Positions 43,597 to 53,829 of a DNA stretch of 64,000 bases are shown here, in pieces (the first letter of the stretch is position 1; the number at the start of each line of letters is the position of its first letter). The notes below the pieces were generated by a model. The model made no database searches, was not told the origin of the DNA, and worked only from the letters and a program-made list of their open reading frames with translations. The stretch covers positions 1 to 64,000 of the IMG/VR virus record IMGVR_UViG_3300032296_003307, one strand, 5' to 3'. The translations under genes and the position numbers were made by a program.

Positions 43597-46371
43597 ATGA
43601 GCAGTACCATAATAATAAAAAATAGTGCAACTTCGGGAAGTGTTCCACCATCTTTGGTACAAGGTGAATTTGGTATTAATGTTTACGATGGTAAATTATA
43701 TTACGGAAGTGGTTCAGGAAATGTTGTAAAAGAATTTAATTCTTCCTCTTATGCAAGTTTTGCTGTAAGTGCCTCTTATGCTGCAACCTCTTCCTATGCA
43801 AACAATTTTAATGTAGCAGGAACTTTAACAGCTTTAAGTGCCTCTATAACTTATTTAGTAAATGTTTTTGAAACATCATCAACAATTTATTCTTCCGGTT
43901 CAAACCAATTTGGTGATGATGCAAGTGATTTACAAACCTTATACGGTACAGTAGATATAAAAACAGGTCCTGTTTTAATATCAGGCTCTTTAATTACAAC
44001 TGGTTCAAATACTTTAATAGGAAACACTTTCTTAACAGGTAGCTTAAATGTAACAGGTTCCACTACTCAAGTAGGAAACAATACTTTATTAGGAAACACT
44101 TCTTTATCAGGTAGTATTATAATATCAGGATCACTTGGAACAAATAATCCAACAGTTAAAATATACGGTGATACAACACATGATGGATATATCCGTTTTG
44201 ACCCAGTATCAACAAATATTGATAATACAATATCTGCCTCTTATATTTATGTTTCTGGCTCTACAAACGATTTATACTTTTCTCAAAATGGTAATGGATA
44301 TAATAATACAACTCGTTTAAGATGGTTAGAAGGTAATTTATATACAGGTTTATTAAATGGAGGTGTAATTACAACCCAATCAGCTACTGTTTATCAAATA
44401 TCAAGTGGTAGTGGTATTATTGTTGATTTAAATGCAAGTTTAAGTGATAACCCATACCCAACAATACAATATTTAAATTGGGGAAATTTATCAGCAAGTA
44501 TTGCTGCTTTTACAGCATCTTATCAACAAGCCTTTGTTGGTATTGATTCAACAAATAATATTTTTGCACAAGGAGAACCGTTTACAAATGGTCAATTTGA
44601 TAGTATAATCAATATTGGTAATGTATTATTTCAAAATGGATCTACAATTAACGGTGTTAAAACACAGCCTTCAGTAGCATACGGCTTTGAACAACAACAA
44701 AACATATTTAATAGAGCATTTGGACCTTTAAAACTTTCAGGCTATACTTTAGCACCAAGTGCTTCCTCAACAGGCAGTCTTATAGTTGGAAGTGGTACCG
44801 CTTATGCTCCTGGTTCCAATTATATAAATGACCCAAATGAATCCTTCTATACCGTTGATAGTGGAACTAATATATCTAAAATATTTAGATACTATCAATC
44901 AGGATCTACTTGGGTTTATTTAACAAATGCTGGTGCTGGATATCCAACAATAGATCCAACTCAATATTCTAACAACGGTACTTTAACTGGAGTAGGTGCT
45001 GGTAATTGGTCTATACAAAGGTGTTTTTGGTATCCTAATTCAGTAACAAAAGCAATTGTTGTTTATTATGGTAATGCTATTTATCCAACAGAGGCAGAAG
45101 CTTTAGCAAATATTAGTTTTGAATCATTTACTGAAGCACCAAACACAGCAGCCAATGCCATTTATCTTGGTGCCATTATTATAAATCAAAATGGTGTATT
45201 TACAAATACTAATACTTTTACAATTTATCCTAGTGGTTTATTTAGACAAGTAGGAGGATCTGGTGGGGGAGGTTCAATAATAACAACCACTTTATCAGGT
45301 TTATCTGATGTAAATATTTCTGGACCAACCGATGGTCAGGCTTTAGTTTATAATGCTACTGCTTTAAAGTGGGAAAACGAATCCTATTTTTCAGGCTCTA
45401 TTTCAGGAAATGCTGCAACAGCAACAAGTGCCTCTTATGCAACAACAGCCTCTTATGTTTTAAATGCTGTAAGTGCCTCATTTGCTACTACTGCTTCTTT
45501 TTCCACAACTTCTCTAACAGCTTCTTTAGCTTTAAGAGCATCAGGATCATTAACAGGTAGTTTATTAGGAACAGCCTCTTATGCCTCTCAGGCCTTAAGT
45601 TCATCTTTTGCAACAACAGCCTCTTATGTTGCAAATGCCTCATCTTTCCCTTTTACAGGTTCAGCCATCATAACAGGAAGTCTAAGTGTTATAGGACCTT
45701 CCACAGTAACTGGTTCTTTTACAGTAATAACTGGCTCCTCTATTGAATTACAAGTTACAAACACAGGAGTAAAAATAGGAAATGCCTCAACCGATACTCA
45801 TACAGTAACAGGTTCTCTACAGGTTGCAGGACAAACCCGTATTTCAGGTTCCTTCAACACAGCAATTTCAGGAACCATTTTAACAGTAGTAGGATCAGGC
45901 TCTACACAACCAATCTTTACTGTTCAAGGTTCTCAAGGTGAATTATTCTCAGTAACAGATTCACTTTCAGGATCTTTATTCAGTGTAAACGATATTTCAG
46001 GTTTACCAATCTTGGAAGTATTTTCAAATAGTACCACAAACATGGGTAACTATTTGGCTCCAGCCCTTTACACAACAAACAAAATAACACAAACCAATTC
46101 AGGTTCGTTTGTTGTTTATAGTTTACCAACAGCCTCTTACGATGGAGCATTTTATGATTACACAGTAAGATCAGGCTCTAATGCAAGAGCAGGTCAAATT
46201 ATGGCAATTTGGAGTGGCTCTTCTGTAAACTTTACAGAAACAACTACAACATCTTTTGGAGATACTTCAGCAATAAACTTTATAGTTATAGTAACAGGTT
46301 CAAATATGGCTTTAACAGGTTCTTCAGCAACAGGTTCTTGGACAATTAAAACAATAATAAGGAGTATATAA
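43597..46371 (+). CDS. Long tail fibre protein
   Basis: N-terminal LVQGEFGINVYDGKLYYG fibre-anchor motif; TASYA and ITGS repeats. Confidence 0.75.
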   Translation: MSSTIIIKNSATSGSVPPSLVQGEFGINVYDGKLYYGSGSGNVVKEFNSSSYASFAVSASYAATSSYANNFNVAGTLTALSASITYLVNVFETSSTIYSSGSNQFGDDASDLQTLYGTVDIKTGPVLISGSLITTGSNTLIGNTFLTGSLNVTGSTTQVGNNTLLGNTSLSGSIIISGSLGTNNPTVKIYGDTTHDGYIRFDPVSTNIDNTISASYIYVSGSTNDLYFSQNGNGYNNTTRLRWLEGNLYTGLLNGGVITTQSATVYQISSGSGIIVDLNASLSDNPYPTIQYLNWGNLSASIAAFTASYQQAFVGIDSTNNIFAQGEPFTNGQFDSIINIGNVLFQNGSTINGVKTQPSVAYGFEQQQNIFNRAFGPLKLSGYTLAPSASSTGSLIVGSGTAYAPGSNYINDPNESFYTVDSGTNISKIFRYYQSGSTWVYLTNAGAGYPTIDPTQYSNNGTLTGVGAGNWSIQRCFWYPNSVTKAIVVYYGNAIYPTEAEALANISFESFTEAPNTAANAIYLGAIIINQNGVFTNTNTFTIYPSGLFRQVGGSGGGGSIITTTLSGLSDVNISGPTDGQALVYNATALKWENESYFSGSISGNAATATSASYATTASYVLNAVSASFATTASFSTTSLTASLALRASGSLTGSLLGTASYASQALSSSFATTASYVANASSFPFTGSAIITGSLSVIGPSTVTGSFTVITGSSIELQVTNTGVKIGNASTDTHTVTGSLQVAGQTRISGSFNTAISGTILTVVGSGSTQPIFTVQGSQGELFSVTDSLSGSLFSVNDISGLPILEVFSNSTTNMGNYLAPALYTTNKITQTNSGSFVVYSLPTASYDGAFYDYTVRSGSNARAGQIMAIWSGSSVNFTETTTTSFGDTSAINFIVIVTGSNMALTGSSATGSWTIKTIIRSI

Positions 46372-47171
46372 TGGCTTTTAACTATAGTCCTAAGGTAATT
46401 ACAGATGGATTGGTTTTGTATTTAGATGCTGCCAATACAAGATCTTATCCTGGTTCAGGAACAGCTTGGAATGATTTAAGTAGAAGTGGAAACAATGGTA
46501 CTTTAGTAAATGGACCTACTTTTAATTCGGCTAACTTAGGTTCGATTGTTTTTGATGGTACAAATGATTATTCAGAAGTAACAAGCAGAAATACAAACTT
46601 AGAATTTCAACCAACAAGTGGTTATTCCTGTATGGTTTTTTATAAAAGTACTGCAACCTCTACTACTAATGGAGCTTTAATTTCAAATATGGTTTCAAGC
46701 CCACCATATCAAGGATGGGATCTTTGGTTTAATACATCTATCAGTAATACTATAGCTATGCATCTTATTTCATCATGGGGTGGTAATGCTATTAAGGTAG
46801 CTGTTGACTATAATTATTCAACTTATACTAATCAATGGTTATGTTTTGGTTATACTTATGATGGTTCTTGTCCTACTACAACACAAGGTACTTTAAATAG
46901 TGTAGATTTTTATTTAAATGGACAATTATATACTTCCGGAAAACAATTAGGTGAATCTACAGCAGGTTTTGGAGACGGATTTAATACCTCCTCAGAAACT
47001 ATAACTTATAATACTTCTCAAAGATTTAGAGTAGCAAGTAGATGGCTTTCAGGAACATATTCAGCGGGATGTCCTGCTACAATAGGAACAATACTAGTAT
47101 ATAATAGAAAACTACCATCATCTGGAATGTTACAAAATTATAACGCCTTAAAAGGCAGATTCGGACTATAA
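46371..47171 (+). CDS. LamG/concanavalin-A-like lectin protein 1
   Basis: GLVLYLDAA...NNGTLVNGPTF...IVFDG; ends NYNALKGRFGL. Confidence 0.85.
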   Translation: MAFNYSPKVITDGLVLYLDAANTRSYPGSGTAWNDLSRSGNNGTLVNGPTFNSANLGSIVFDGTNDYSEVTSRNTNLEFQPTSGYSCMVFYKSTATSTTNGALISNMVSSPPYQGWDLWFNTSISNTIAMHLISSWGGNAIKVAVDYNYSTYTNQWLCFGYTYDGSCPTTTQGTLNSVDFYLNGQLYTSGKQLGESTAGFGDGFNTSSETITYNTSQRFRVASRWLSGTYSAGCPATIGTILVYNRKLPSSGMLQNYNALKGRFGL

Positions 47172-47174
47172 ACA

Positions 47175-47903
47175 ATGGCAGGCAGAATAGCATATTACGG
47201 TGGAATAGTAACAAATGGTTTAGTCCTAGATTTGGATGCAGCCAAAAAAGATTCTTATCCCGGTACAGGAACAGCTTGGAATGATATTAGTGGAAATAGA
47301 AACAATGGTACGTTAATTAATGGTCCTACGTTTAATTCAAGTAATGGAGGTTCAATTGTGTTTGATGGGACAAATGATTATGTGAACTGTGGAAATAATA
47401 GTTCAATAAACATAACAGGAATTGAATTAACATTATCTGCTTGGATCTATAGAACAGCAACAAATCCTAATAGTTACTATAGAAGAATTATAGAAAAAGC
47501 AGCCGCTTATCCTGCTTTACAATATTCATTAGTTACAACCCCTCCCGAAGCTTCATCCGGTGAAGGTAGAGTATTATTTGATTTATATATTAATAATTCA
47601 TTACCTACTTCTGTAATAGGTTCAACACAACTTCAATTAAATACTTGGTATAATGTTATTGCAACTTATGATGGTAGTTTTAGAAGAATATATTTGAATA
47701 GTGTTATTGATGGACAATTAGCAACAACAGGAAATATATCATCTACAGTTTCAAGTTTAGTACTAGGAGACTACCTTTCAGGAGCAGGAACATCATATGT
47801 TTGGAATGGAAGAATAGCTAATACTCAAATCTACAACCGTGCTTTAAGTGCAACAGAAATAACTCAAAACTACAACGCCTTAAAAGGCAGATACGGACTT
47901 TAA
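47175..47903 (+). CDS. LamG-like lectin protein 2
   Basis: Same termini; WYNVIATYDG, IYLNSVID, QIYNRALSATEI. Confidence 0.88.
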   Translation: MAGRIAYYGGIVTNGLVLDLDAAKKDSYPGTGTAWNDISGNRNNGTLINGPTFNSSNGGSIVFDGTNDYVNCGNNSSINITGIELTLSAWIYRTATNPNSYYRRIIEKAAAYPALQYSLVTTPPEASSGEGRVLFDLYINNSLPTSVIGSTQLQLNTWYNVIATYDGSFRRIYLNSVIDGQLATTGNISSTVSSLVLGDYLSGAGTSYVWNGRIANTQIYNRALSATEITQNYNALKGRYGL

Positions 47904-47921
47904 AATATTTATAATAAACCA

Positions 47922-48212
47922 ATGGAAGAAACAACATTAGAATTACAAGAGTATGACAACAGAGAATTTATGATTTTCTCCGTTACCGAATTAGATCAAA
48001 TAGACTTTACTCAAGTTTTAGAAACATCAATCGATACAGTAAGAAAATCTGTTGACGGATTAAAAACATTTGTAAAATGGGATGGACCTATTATTCCTTC
48101 ATCAGTGGAGGCTTTAACTACAAAGGAAGGTCCTTACACCTATGAAGAAATTTTACAAATTTTATCTACCCCTGAGTGGACAGATCCAAACCCATTTCCT
48201 TTAGGAGTTTAA
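47922..48212 (+). CDS. Small conserved fibre-associated protein
   Basis: Own ATATTTATA; lies between LamG genes. Confidence 0.65.
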   Translation: MEETTLELQEYDNREFMIFSVTELDQIDFTQVLETSIDTVRKSVDGLKTFVKWDGPIIPSSVEALTTKEGPYTYEEILQILSTPEWTDPNPFPLGV

Positions 48213-48213
48213 T

Positions 48214-48951
48214 ATGAGTACCGTACAAGGAGGTCAAGGAAATATTGTAACAAGTGGATTGGTTCTAAATCTAGATGCAGCCAATCCAAGAAGTTACTTA
48301 CCTCCTTATAATGGAACTACTTGGAGAGATCTATCAGGAAATGGCAACAATGGTACTTTAACCAACGGACCTACTTTCAATAGTGGGAATGGAGGGAGTA
48401 TTGTGTTTGATGGAGTGGATGATCGTGTAACTGATACAGATACAAATTTTCCAAGCGGAGGAAACAGTAGAACATTTTCAGTCTGGTTTAAAACACCTTC
48501 CTCGCTTCCTGGAGCAAGTGATATTCCTATGTTTTTAACATATGGTACTTATGATTTCAACAAGAGTATGTTTTTTGGATGGGAAGGAAGAAACTTCCCC
48601 GGTATTACTTTTCCTTATAGACTTATGGTTTCAAATTACGGAAATCAAGTTTATAGCAATACAGCTCTTTCTACTAATACAATTTATAATGCCACCGTTA
48701 CAAAAACCTCAGGAAGCGAATTTTATACTTTCTATTTAAACGGAGTTGCTGATGGAACTAATACTTGGACGGGAGGATCTTATACTACCACTAACACTGT
48801 ATTAAATGGATCTTCTAACATTGGAGGAAATACTTTTAGCGGACAATATTTAAAAGGTAATTTATACAATATGCTAATCTACAACCGTGCCCTCTCAGCC
48901 TCAGAAGTCAACCAAAACTTCCAAGCCACTCGAGCACGTTTTGGAATTTAA
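48214..48951 (+). CDS. LamG-like lectin protein 3
   Basis: Same conserved termini; IYNRALSASEV. Confidence 0.88.
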   Translation: MSTVQGGQGNIVTSGLVLNLDAANPRSYLPPYNGTTWRDLSGNGNNGTLTNGPTFNSGNGGSIVFDGVDDRVTDTDTNFPSGGNSRTFSVWFKTPSSLPGASDIPMFLTYGTYDFNKSMFFGWEGRNFPGITFPYRLMVSNYGNQVYSNTALSTNTIYNATVTKTSGSEFYTFYLNGVADGTNTWTGGSYTTTNTVLNGSSNIGGNTFSGQYLKGNLYNMLIYNRALSASEVNQNFQATRARFGI

Positions 48952-48989
48952 TAATATTTATAACAAACCTGGAAAGTGAAAGGTAACTT

Positions 48990-49388
48990 ATGCCAAACGA
49001 ATTTATAATAAGAAATGGACTTGTTGTCCAAAGTGGTACAACCACAATAACCGGTTCGGTAACAGCAACTGGAGACGTTGTAACACGAACCCAACTAAAA
49101 TCAATGTATCAAGCCGGAGATGAAGGTGGAGAAATTTTTCTTAGTACTCCTGCTACTAATACAACTATACCTAATGGTGTAACTATAGATGTTTACCAAA
49201 ATAGGTTTAGAATATTTGAACAAGGTGGATCAGCTAATGGATATTACCTTGAGATGCCATCAGGAAGTGCAGGTGTAGGAACAAATTTAAGCCCAATAGG
49301 ATTTACAGGTAATGTTCCTATTGCTGGAAATCCTCCTGGATTTCAAACCTTAACTTTTAGTAACGGTATTTTAATTAGTGTATCTTAA
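48990..49388 (+). CDS. Short fibre-like protein
   Basis: MPNEFIIRNGL start; Gly/Thr-rich. Confidence 0.6.
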   Translation: MPNEFIIRNGLVVQSGTTTITGSVTATGDVVTRTQLKSMYQAGDEGGEIFLSTPATNTTIPNGVTIDVYQNRFRIFEQGGSANGYYLEMPSGSAGVGTNLSPIGFTGNVPIAGNPPGFQTLTFSNGILISVS

Positions 49389-49415
49389 TTGATTTAATAA
49401 TATTTATAACAAAAC

Positions 49416-50117
49416 ATGGCTTTAAATCTCTCAAAAACAGGTATATCAACCTCACAAACTATTGAGGCATGGCACGTTACCCAAAGTATTGATGCTTTAA
49501 CTGGAGTAGAAGCATACAATATTACGATTTCTGGTTCTTTTACTTTGAATGGAGGAACCACAGGAAGTGGATGGTTTACTAATGCAGTATCATCTTCAAG
49601 AGCAATAGATGCTACTTTTGCTGATAGTGCCTATATTACTTCTTCTGTAGCAACTTCCCCATTAGCTATAGCATTATTTAATAGTACTTCTTCAAACAAT
49701 GCTACTTTTAGGTTTGATAACGATGATTTAAAATATCAACCTTCAAACAATACATTGTATGTTACAAATTTAGTAGGAACAGCTTCATTGGCAACAACAG
49801 CAAGCTATACTTCAACTGTAGGATCAGCCAATACTGTAGCAGGAACTATAGTTCCAAGTGGTAGTAGTCCTATTACAGCTAATTTAAATTTTATAGCTGG
49901 AGCAACACAAACAGATGCTTCAATAACACCAACAGCAACAGTAGTATTACCTGCTTTAATTGGAAAAACTTTAGGACAAAATTGTTTTGTAACTATTGGA
50001 GTTACAGGAAGTGCAGCCACTGATTTAGTTGTTGTGAGAAATTTATTAGGAGCCAATTTAACATTTGATTCAGCGAACGCAAATACAGATTTTTATTATC
50101 ATATAATTTACACATAA
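49416..50117 (+). CDS. Fibre-like structural protein
   Basis: Thr/Ser/Ala-rich; LKYQPSNNTL fibre motif. Confidence 0.6.
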   Translation: MALNLSKTGISTSQTIEAWHVTQSIDALTGVEAYNITISGSFTLNGGTTGSGWFTNAVSSSRAIDATFADSAYITSSVATSPLAIALFNSTSSNNATFRFDNDDLKYQPSNNTLYVTNLVGTASLATTASYTSTVGSANTVAGTIVPSGSSPITANLNFIAGATQTDASITPTATVVLPALIGKTLGQNCFVTIGVTGSAATDLVVVRNLLGANLTFDSANANTDFYYHIIYT

Positions 50118-50119
50118 AC

Positions 50120-50371
50120 ATGGAAAAACAAGTTTTAACACAAGAAGAGTTACAAGAACTAACAAACTTACGTACAAAAAGAGATCAAATTATGGCCGAT
50201 TTTGGATACATTGAACTCCAAATTCAAGAGCTAGAATTGGTAAAAGAAACCTTAGTTGAAAATCTTTCGGCTTTAAAAGCAGAAGAAGCACAATTAGGTA
50301 CAATGATACAAAACAAATATGGAAAAATCTCAGTAAATATGGAAACAGGAGAAATTACTTCTGTAGACTAA
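50120..50371 (+). CDS. Small coiled-coil protein (possible chaperone)
   Basis: Heptad-rich; ends KYGKISVNMETGEIT. Confidence 0.65.
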   Translation: MEKQVLTQEELQELTNLRTKRDQIMADFGYIELQIQELELVKETLVENLSALKAEEAQLGTMIQNKYGKISVNMETGEITSVD

Positions 50372-50429
50372 TTTTTGAGGTTCCCTGCCATATTTATCAT
50401 AGAATAAAACAAATTATAATTTAAAGAAC

Positions 50430-52178
50430 ATGGCAGAAACATTAATATCACCTGGCGTACTAGCATTAGAAAACGACCAGTCATTTGTATCCCAACAACC
50501 TGTTACCGTTGGTGCCGCTATCATTGGTCCTACAGTTAAAGGCCCTGTAGAAGTTCCTACAATTGTTACCTCTTACAGTGATTATCAGAATAAATTTGGT
50601 ACTACTTTCTTAAGTAGCAGCCAAGTTTATACTTATTTCACTTCTATCGCCGCTTACAATTATTTTGCAAACGGTGGTCAAACATTATTGGTAGCAAGAG
50701 TAGTAAGTGGTTCATTCACTTCAGCTACTACAGCAACCGCTTCTGTAACTGGTCCTTCTGGTGGTGGAGTATCTATTCTTAACTTTAATACTTCTCAATC
50801 TTTAGTATTAAACACTATTTCTCAAGGAACTGTTATGAATAGTTCAAGCTCCTTAGATTCAGCAGGTGCTTTGGCTTCAGGTTCATCTGATAACATTAGA
50901 TGGCAAATTGCTAACGCTGATACATCATCAGGTACTTTCTCATTACTAATTAGACAAGGTGATGATACTACTCTTACTCCTACAGTATTAGAAACATGGA
51001 CTAACTTATCAATGGATCCTACAGCTCCTAACTATGTAGCAAGAGTAATTGGTGACCAATATAGACAATACAATGTAGCCGATAACCAAATTGAAGTTTT
51101 AGGTACTTATCCTAATGCTTCAAGATATGTTTATGTATCTAGTGTTCCAACAGCAACTCCTTTCTATTTTGATAACAACGGTATAGCTAAATCTAGCTTT
51201 ACTGGTTCTATTCCTAGAAATGCAAGTGGTTCTTTTACAGGTGCTACTGGTAATTTATTTGGAAACAATGCTAAATTCTATAGTAATATAGTTTCTGGTG
51301 TAACAAATATTCAAGGTGTTTTAAGTTCAAGCTATGATAACATGATTGCTTTATTAGCAAACCAAGATGATTATGTATTCAATGTATTAATGACTCCTGG
51401 TTTGTTTGCTTCTGAAGCCCCACTTGGTTCTTCTCAAGTAACTTCAATCATTTCAAACACTGAAAACAGAGGTGATAATATCTATGTAAGTGATTTAGTA
51501 CCTTTTAGCTCAAGCATTACATCAGTAACTAGTCAAGCAAATTCTAAAAACACTTCATACGCTGCTACTTACTGGCCTTGGGTTCAAGTAATTGATCCTG
51601 ATTCTGCTCAATTAGTATGGGTACCTGCCTCAACAATGATTGGTGGTGTGTATGCATTTAACGATTCAGTTTCAGAACCTTGGTTTGCTCCTGCTGGTAT
51701 TAACAGAGGTGGATTAAGCACAGTAGTAAGAGCTGAAAAGAAATTATCTCAAGCTAACCGCGATACTTTATACCAAAATAAAGTTAACCCAATTGCAACA
51801 TTCCCTGGAAACGGAGTTGTAGTATATGGTCAGAAAACATTACAAACTAAAGCATCTGCACTTGATCGTGTGAATGTAAGAAGATTGTTAATTGCTCTTA
51901 AATCTTATATCTCTCAAGTTGCTCAAAACTTGGTGTTTGAACAAAACACAATAGCTACTCGTACTAGCTTCTTAAACCAAGTTAATCCATATTTGGAATC
52001 AGTTCAACAGAGACAAGGTTTATATGCCTTCAGAGTAGTAATGGATGATTCAAATAATACTCCTGATGTAATTGATAGAAATCAGTTAGTTGGTGCTATT
52101 TACTTACAACCAACCAAAACAGCTGAATTCATTTACTTAAACTTCAATATTTTACCAACTGGAGTTTCTTTTGAATAA
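50430..52178 (+). CDS. gp18: Tail sheath protein (T4 gp18-like)
   Basis: SPGV, GPTVKGP, YWPWV, PWFAPAGINRG, LYQNKVNPI, DRVNVRRLL, FEQN. Confidence 0.97.
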   Translation: MAETLISPGVLALENDQSFVSQQPVTVGAAIIGPTVKGPVEVPTIVTSYSDYQNKFGTTFLSSSQVYTYFTSIAAYNYFANGGQTLLVARVVSGSFTSATTATASVTGPSGGGVSILNFNTSQSLVLNTISQGTVMNSSSSLDSAGALASGSSDNIRWQIANADTSSGTFSLLIRQGDDTTLTPTVLETWTNLSMDPTAPNYVARVIGDQYRQYNVADNQIEVLGTYPNASRYVYVSSVPTATPFYFDNNGIAKSSFTGSIPRNASGSFTGATGNLFGNNAKFYSNIVSGVTNIQGVLSSSYDNMIALLANQDDYVFNVLMTPGLFASEAPLGSSQVTSIISNTENRGDNIYVSDLVPFSSSITSVTSQANSKNTSYAATYWPWVQVIDPDSAQLVWVPASTMIGGVYAFNDSVSEPWFAPAGINRGGLSTVVRAEKKLSQANRDTLYQNKVNPIATFPGNGVVVYGQKTLQTKASALDRVNVRRLLIALKSYISQVAQNLVFEQNTIATRTSFLNQVNPYLESVQQRQGLYAFRVVMDDSNNTPDVIDRNQLVGAIYLQPTKTAEFIYLNFNILPTGVSFE

Positions 52179-52193
52179 TTTTTTAAAGATAGA

Positions 52194-52202
52194 ATATTTA
52201 TA
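52194..52202 (+). promoter_or_regulatory. ATATTTATA putative late promoter (tail tube)
   Basis: Same motif, 23 nt before the ATG. Confidence 0.65.
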
Positions 52203-52225
52203 ACAAAATAAAATAGATAAATAAA

Positions 52226-52714
52226 ATGGCAGTATTAAATCCAAACGAAATATTTTTCACAGCCTTTGAACCAAAACAGGCAAACCGTTTCATCATGTAT
52301 ATAGACGGTATACCAGCGTATGAAATCAAAGGTGTTGGTGCAGTCACATTAACCCAAGGTACTGTTCCTTTAAACCATATAAACGTACAACGCTTTGTTA
52401 AAGGTAAAACAACATGGGGTACTATCCAATTCACATTGTTTGACCCTATCACTCCTTCAGGTGCTCAAGCAGTAATGGAATGGGTACGTTTACATCACGA
52501 ATCAGTAACTGGTAGAGATGGTTACTCAGACTTCTACAAGAAAGATTTAACTTTTGATGTATTAGGTCCTGTGGGTGATATCGTATCAGAATGGATTATC
52601 AAAGGTGCTTTAATTACAGAAGCCAACTTTGGTGATTACAACTGGGATACTGTTGATACTGCTGTAAACATTACTATGACCGTTCAACCAGATTACTGTG
52701 TATTGAACTTCTAA
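52226..52714 (+). CDS. gp19: Tail tube protein (gp19-like)
   Basis: Follows sheath; NRFIMYI, TWGTIQFTLFD, EWIIKGA, FGDYNW. Confidence 0.9.
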   Translation: MAVLNPNEIFFTAFEPKQANRFIMYIDGIPAYEIKGVGAVTLTQGTVPLNHINVQRFVKGKTTWGTIQFTLFDPITPSGAQAVMEWVRLHHESVTGRDGYSDFYKKDLTFDVLGPVGDIVSEWIIKGALITEANFGDYNWDTVDTAVNITMTVQPDYCVLNF

Positions 52715-52736
52715 TCTAAAAAAGAAAATCATAAAA

Positions 52737-52767
52737 GAGCTCGCATTTTTTGCGAGCTTCTTTTTTT
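52737..52767 (+). terminator. Intrinsic terminator after the tail tube gene
   Basis: AGCTCGCA-ttttt-TGCGAGCT followed by TCTTTTTTT. Confidence 0.85.
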
Positions 52768-52794
52768 CTATAATATTTATAACAAAATAAGTTT

Positions 52795-53535
52795 ATGAGC
52801 GAATTTAAGTTTCCAACAGAAGTTGTGGAGTTGCCTTCAAAAGGTTTATTATATCCTGAAGGCTCACCTTTAGCAGAAGGTAAAATTGAAATGAAATACA
52901 TGACTGCTAAAGAAGAAGACATTTTAACTAACCAAAATTACATTAGACAAGGTATTGTAATTGACAAATTGCTTCAATCCATGATTGTAAGTGAAATCGA
53001 TTATAATGATCTTTTAGTGGCAGATAAAGATGCTATTATGGTTGCAGCCCGTATTTTAGGTTATGGTAAAGATTATTCTTTTAATTACGGAGGTAAAGAA
53101 GTAACAGTTGATTTAACCTTAATGAAAGAAAAATTATTAGATGAATCTTTAATCAAAAACAAACGAACCAATGAATTCCATTTCACATTACCCCACTCAG
53201 GAAATGAAATTTCTTTCAAATTATTTACTCATGGTGATGAAAAGAAAATAGAAAAAGAATTAGAAGGTTTAAAAAAGATTGACCCTAAAGGAAGTTTTGA
53301 ATTATCTACAAGATTAAAACACATGGTTTTATCCGTTAATGGAAACAGAGATACCAAATCAATCAGGGAATTTGTAGATAATGTATTTCTAGCCAGAGAT
53401 TCAAAAGCATTTAGAGATTATGTATCCAAAATATCTCCAGGAATTGATTTAAAATTTGATTTTGAAGATGATGGTTACGTTGAGGAGGGCGTAAATCTTC
53501 CTATTACTGTTAACTTTTTTTGGCCTGACGCCTGA
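52795..53535 (+). CDS. Tail assembly chaperone / baseplate hub assembly protein
   Basis: ELPSKG..Y, KYMTAKEEDIL, L...DKDAIMVAARILGYG; lies between tube and tape measure. Confidence 0.8.
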   Translation: MSEFKFPTEVVELPSKGLLYPEGSPLAEGKIEMKYMTAKEEDILTNQNYIRQGIVIDKLLQSMIVSEIDYNDLLVADKDAIMVAARILGYGKDYSFNYGGKEVTVDLTLMKEKLLDESLIKNKRTNEFHFTLPHSGNEISFKLFTHGDEKKIEKELEGLKKIDPKGSFELSTRLKHMVLSVNGNRDTKSIREFVDNVFLARDSKAFRDYVSKISPGIDLKFDFEDDGYVEEGVNLPITVNFFWPDA

Positions 53536-53797
53536 TTATAGATGGACTCTTTTTACTCAAATACATGAAATATGTTTTTGGGGTCAAGGAGGTTATGATT
53601 ATGAAACTGTTTATAACATGCCTATTTGGTTAAGAAAGTATACTTTTAATAAAATTTTAGATTTTCATAAACAAAAGAATAATTCTCAACAAAATGATGT
53701 AGTTGAACAATCTATAAAAAATATGAAATCAGCAGGATCGGTTAATAATAAAAAAATACAAGTTCCTGATTATGTAACGAAGGCATCTAAAAAATGA
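53522..53797 (+). CDS. Frameshift extension of the tail chaperone (G-T/E-E' type), missing from the ORF track
   Basis: Open +1 frame GLTPDYRWTLFTQIHEICFWGQGGYDYETVYNMPIWLRKYTF...KASKK* with no 5' ATG, entered at the T7 run 53515-21. Confidence 0.75.
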   Translation, partial: GLTPDYRWTLFTQIHEICFWGQGGYDYETVYNMPIWLRKYTFNKILDFHKQKNNSQQNDVVEQSIKNMKSAGSVNNKKIQVPDYVTKASKK

Positions 53798-53829
53798 TGC
53801 CTTCAAATATTTATCATAAATAGTTTCTA

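Noticed and set aside
46371-48951. Diversity-generating retroelement targeting the lectin genes
   Set aside because: There is no reverse transcriptase in the window and no near-identical template/variable repeat pair differing only at adenines.
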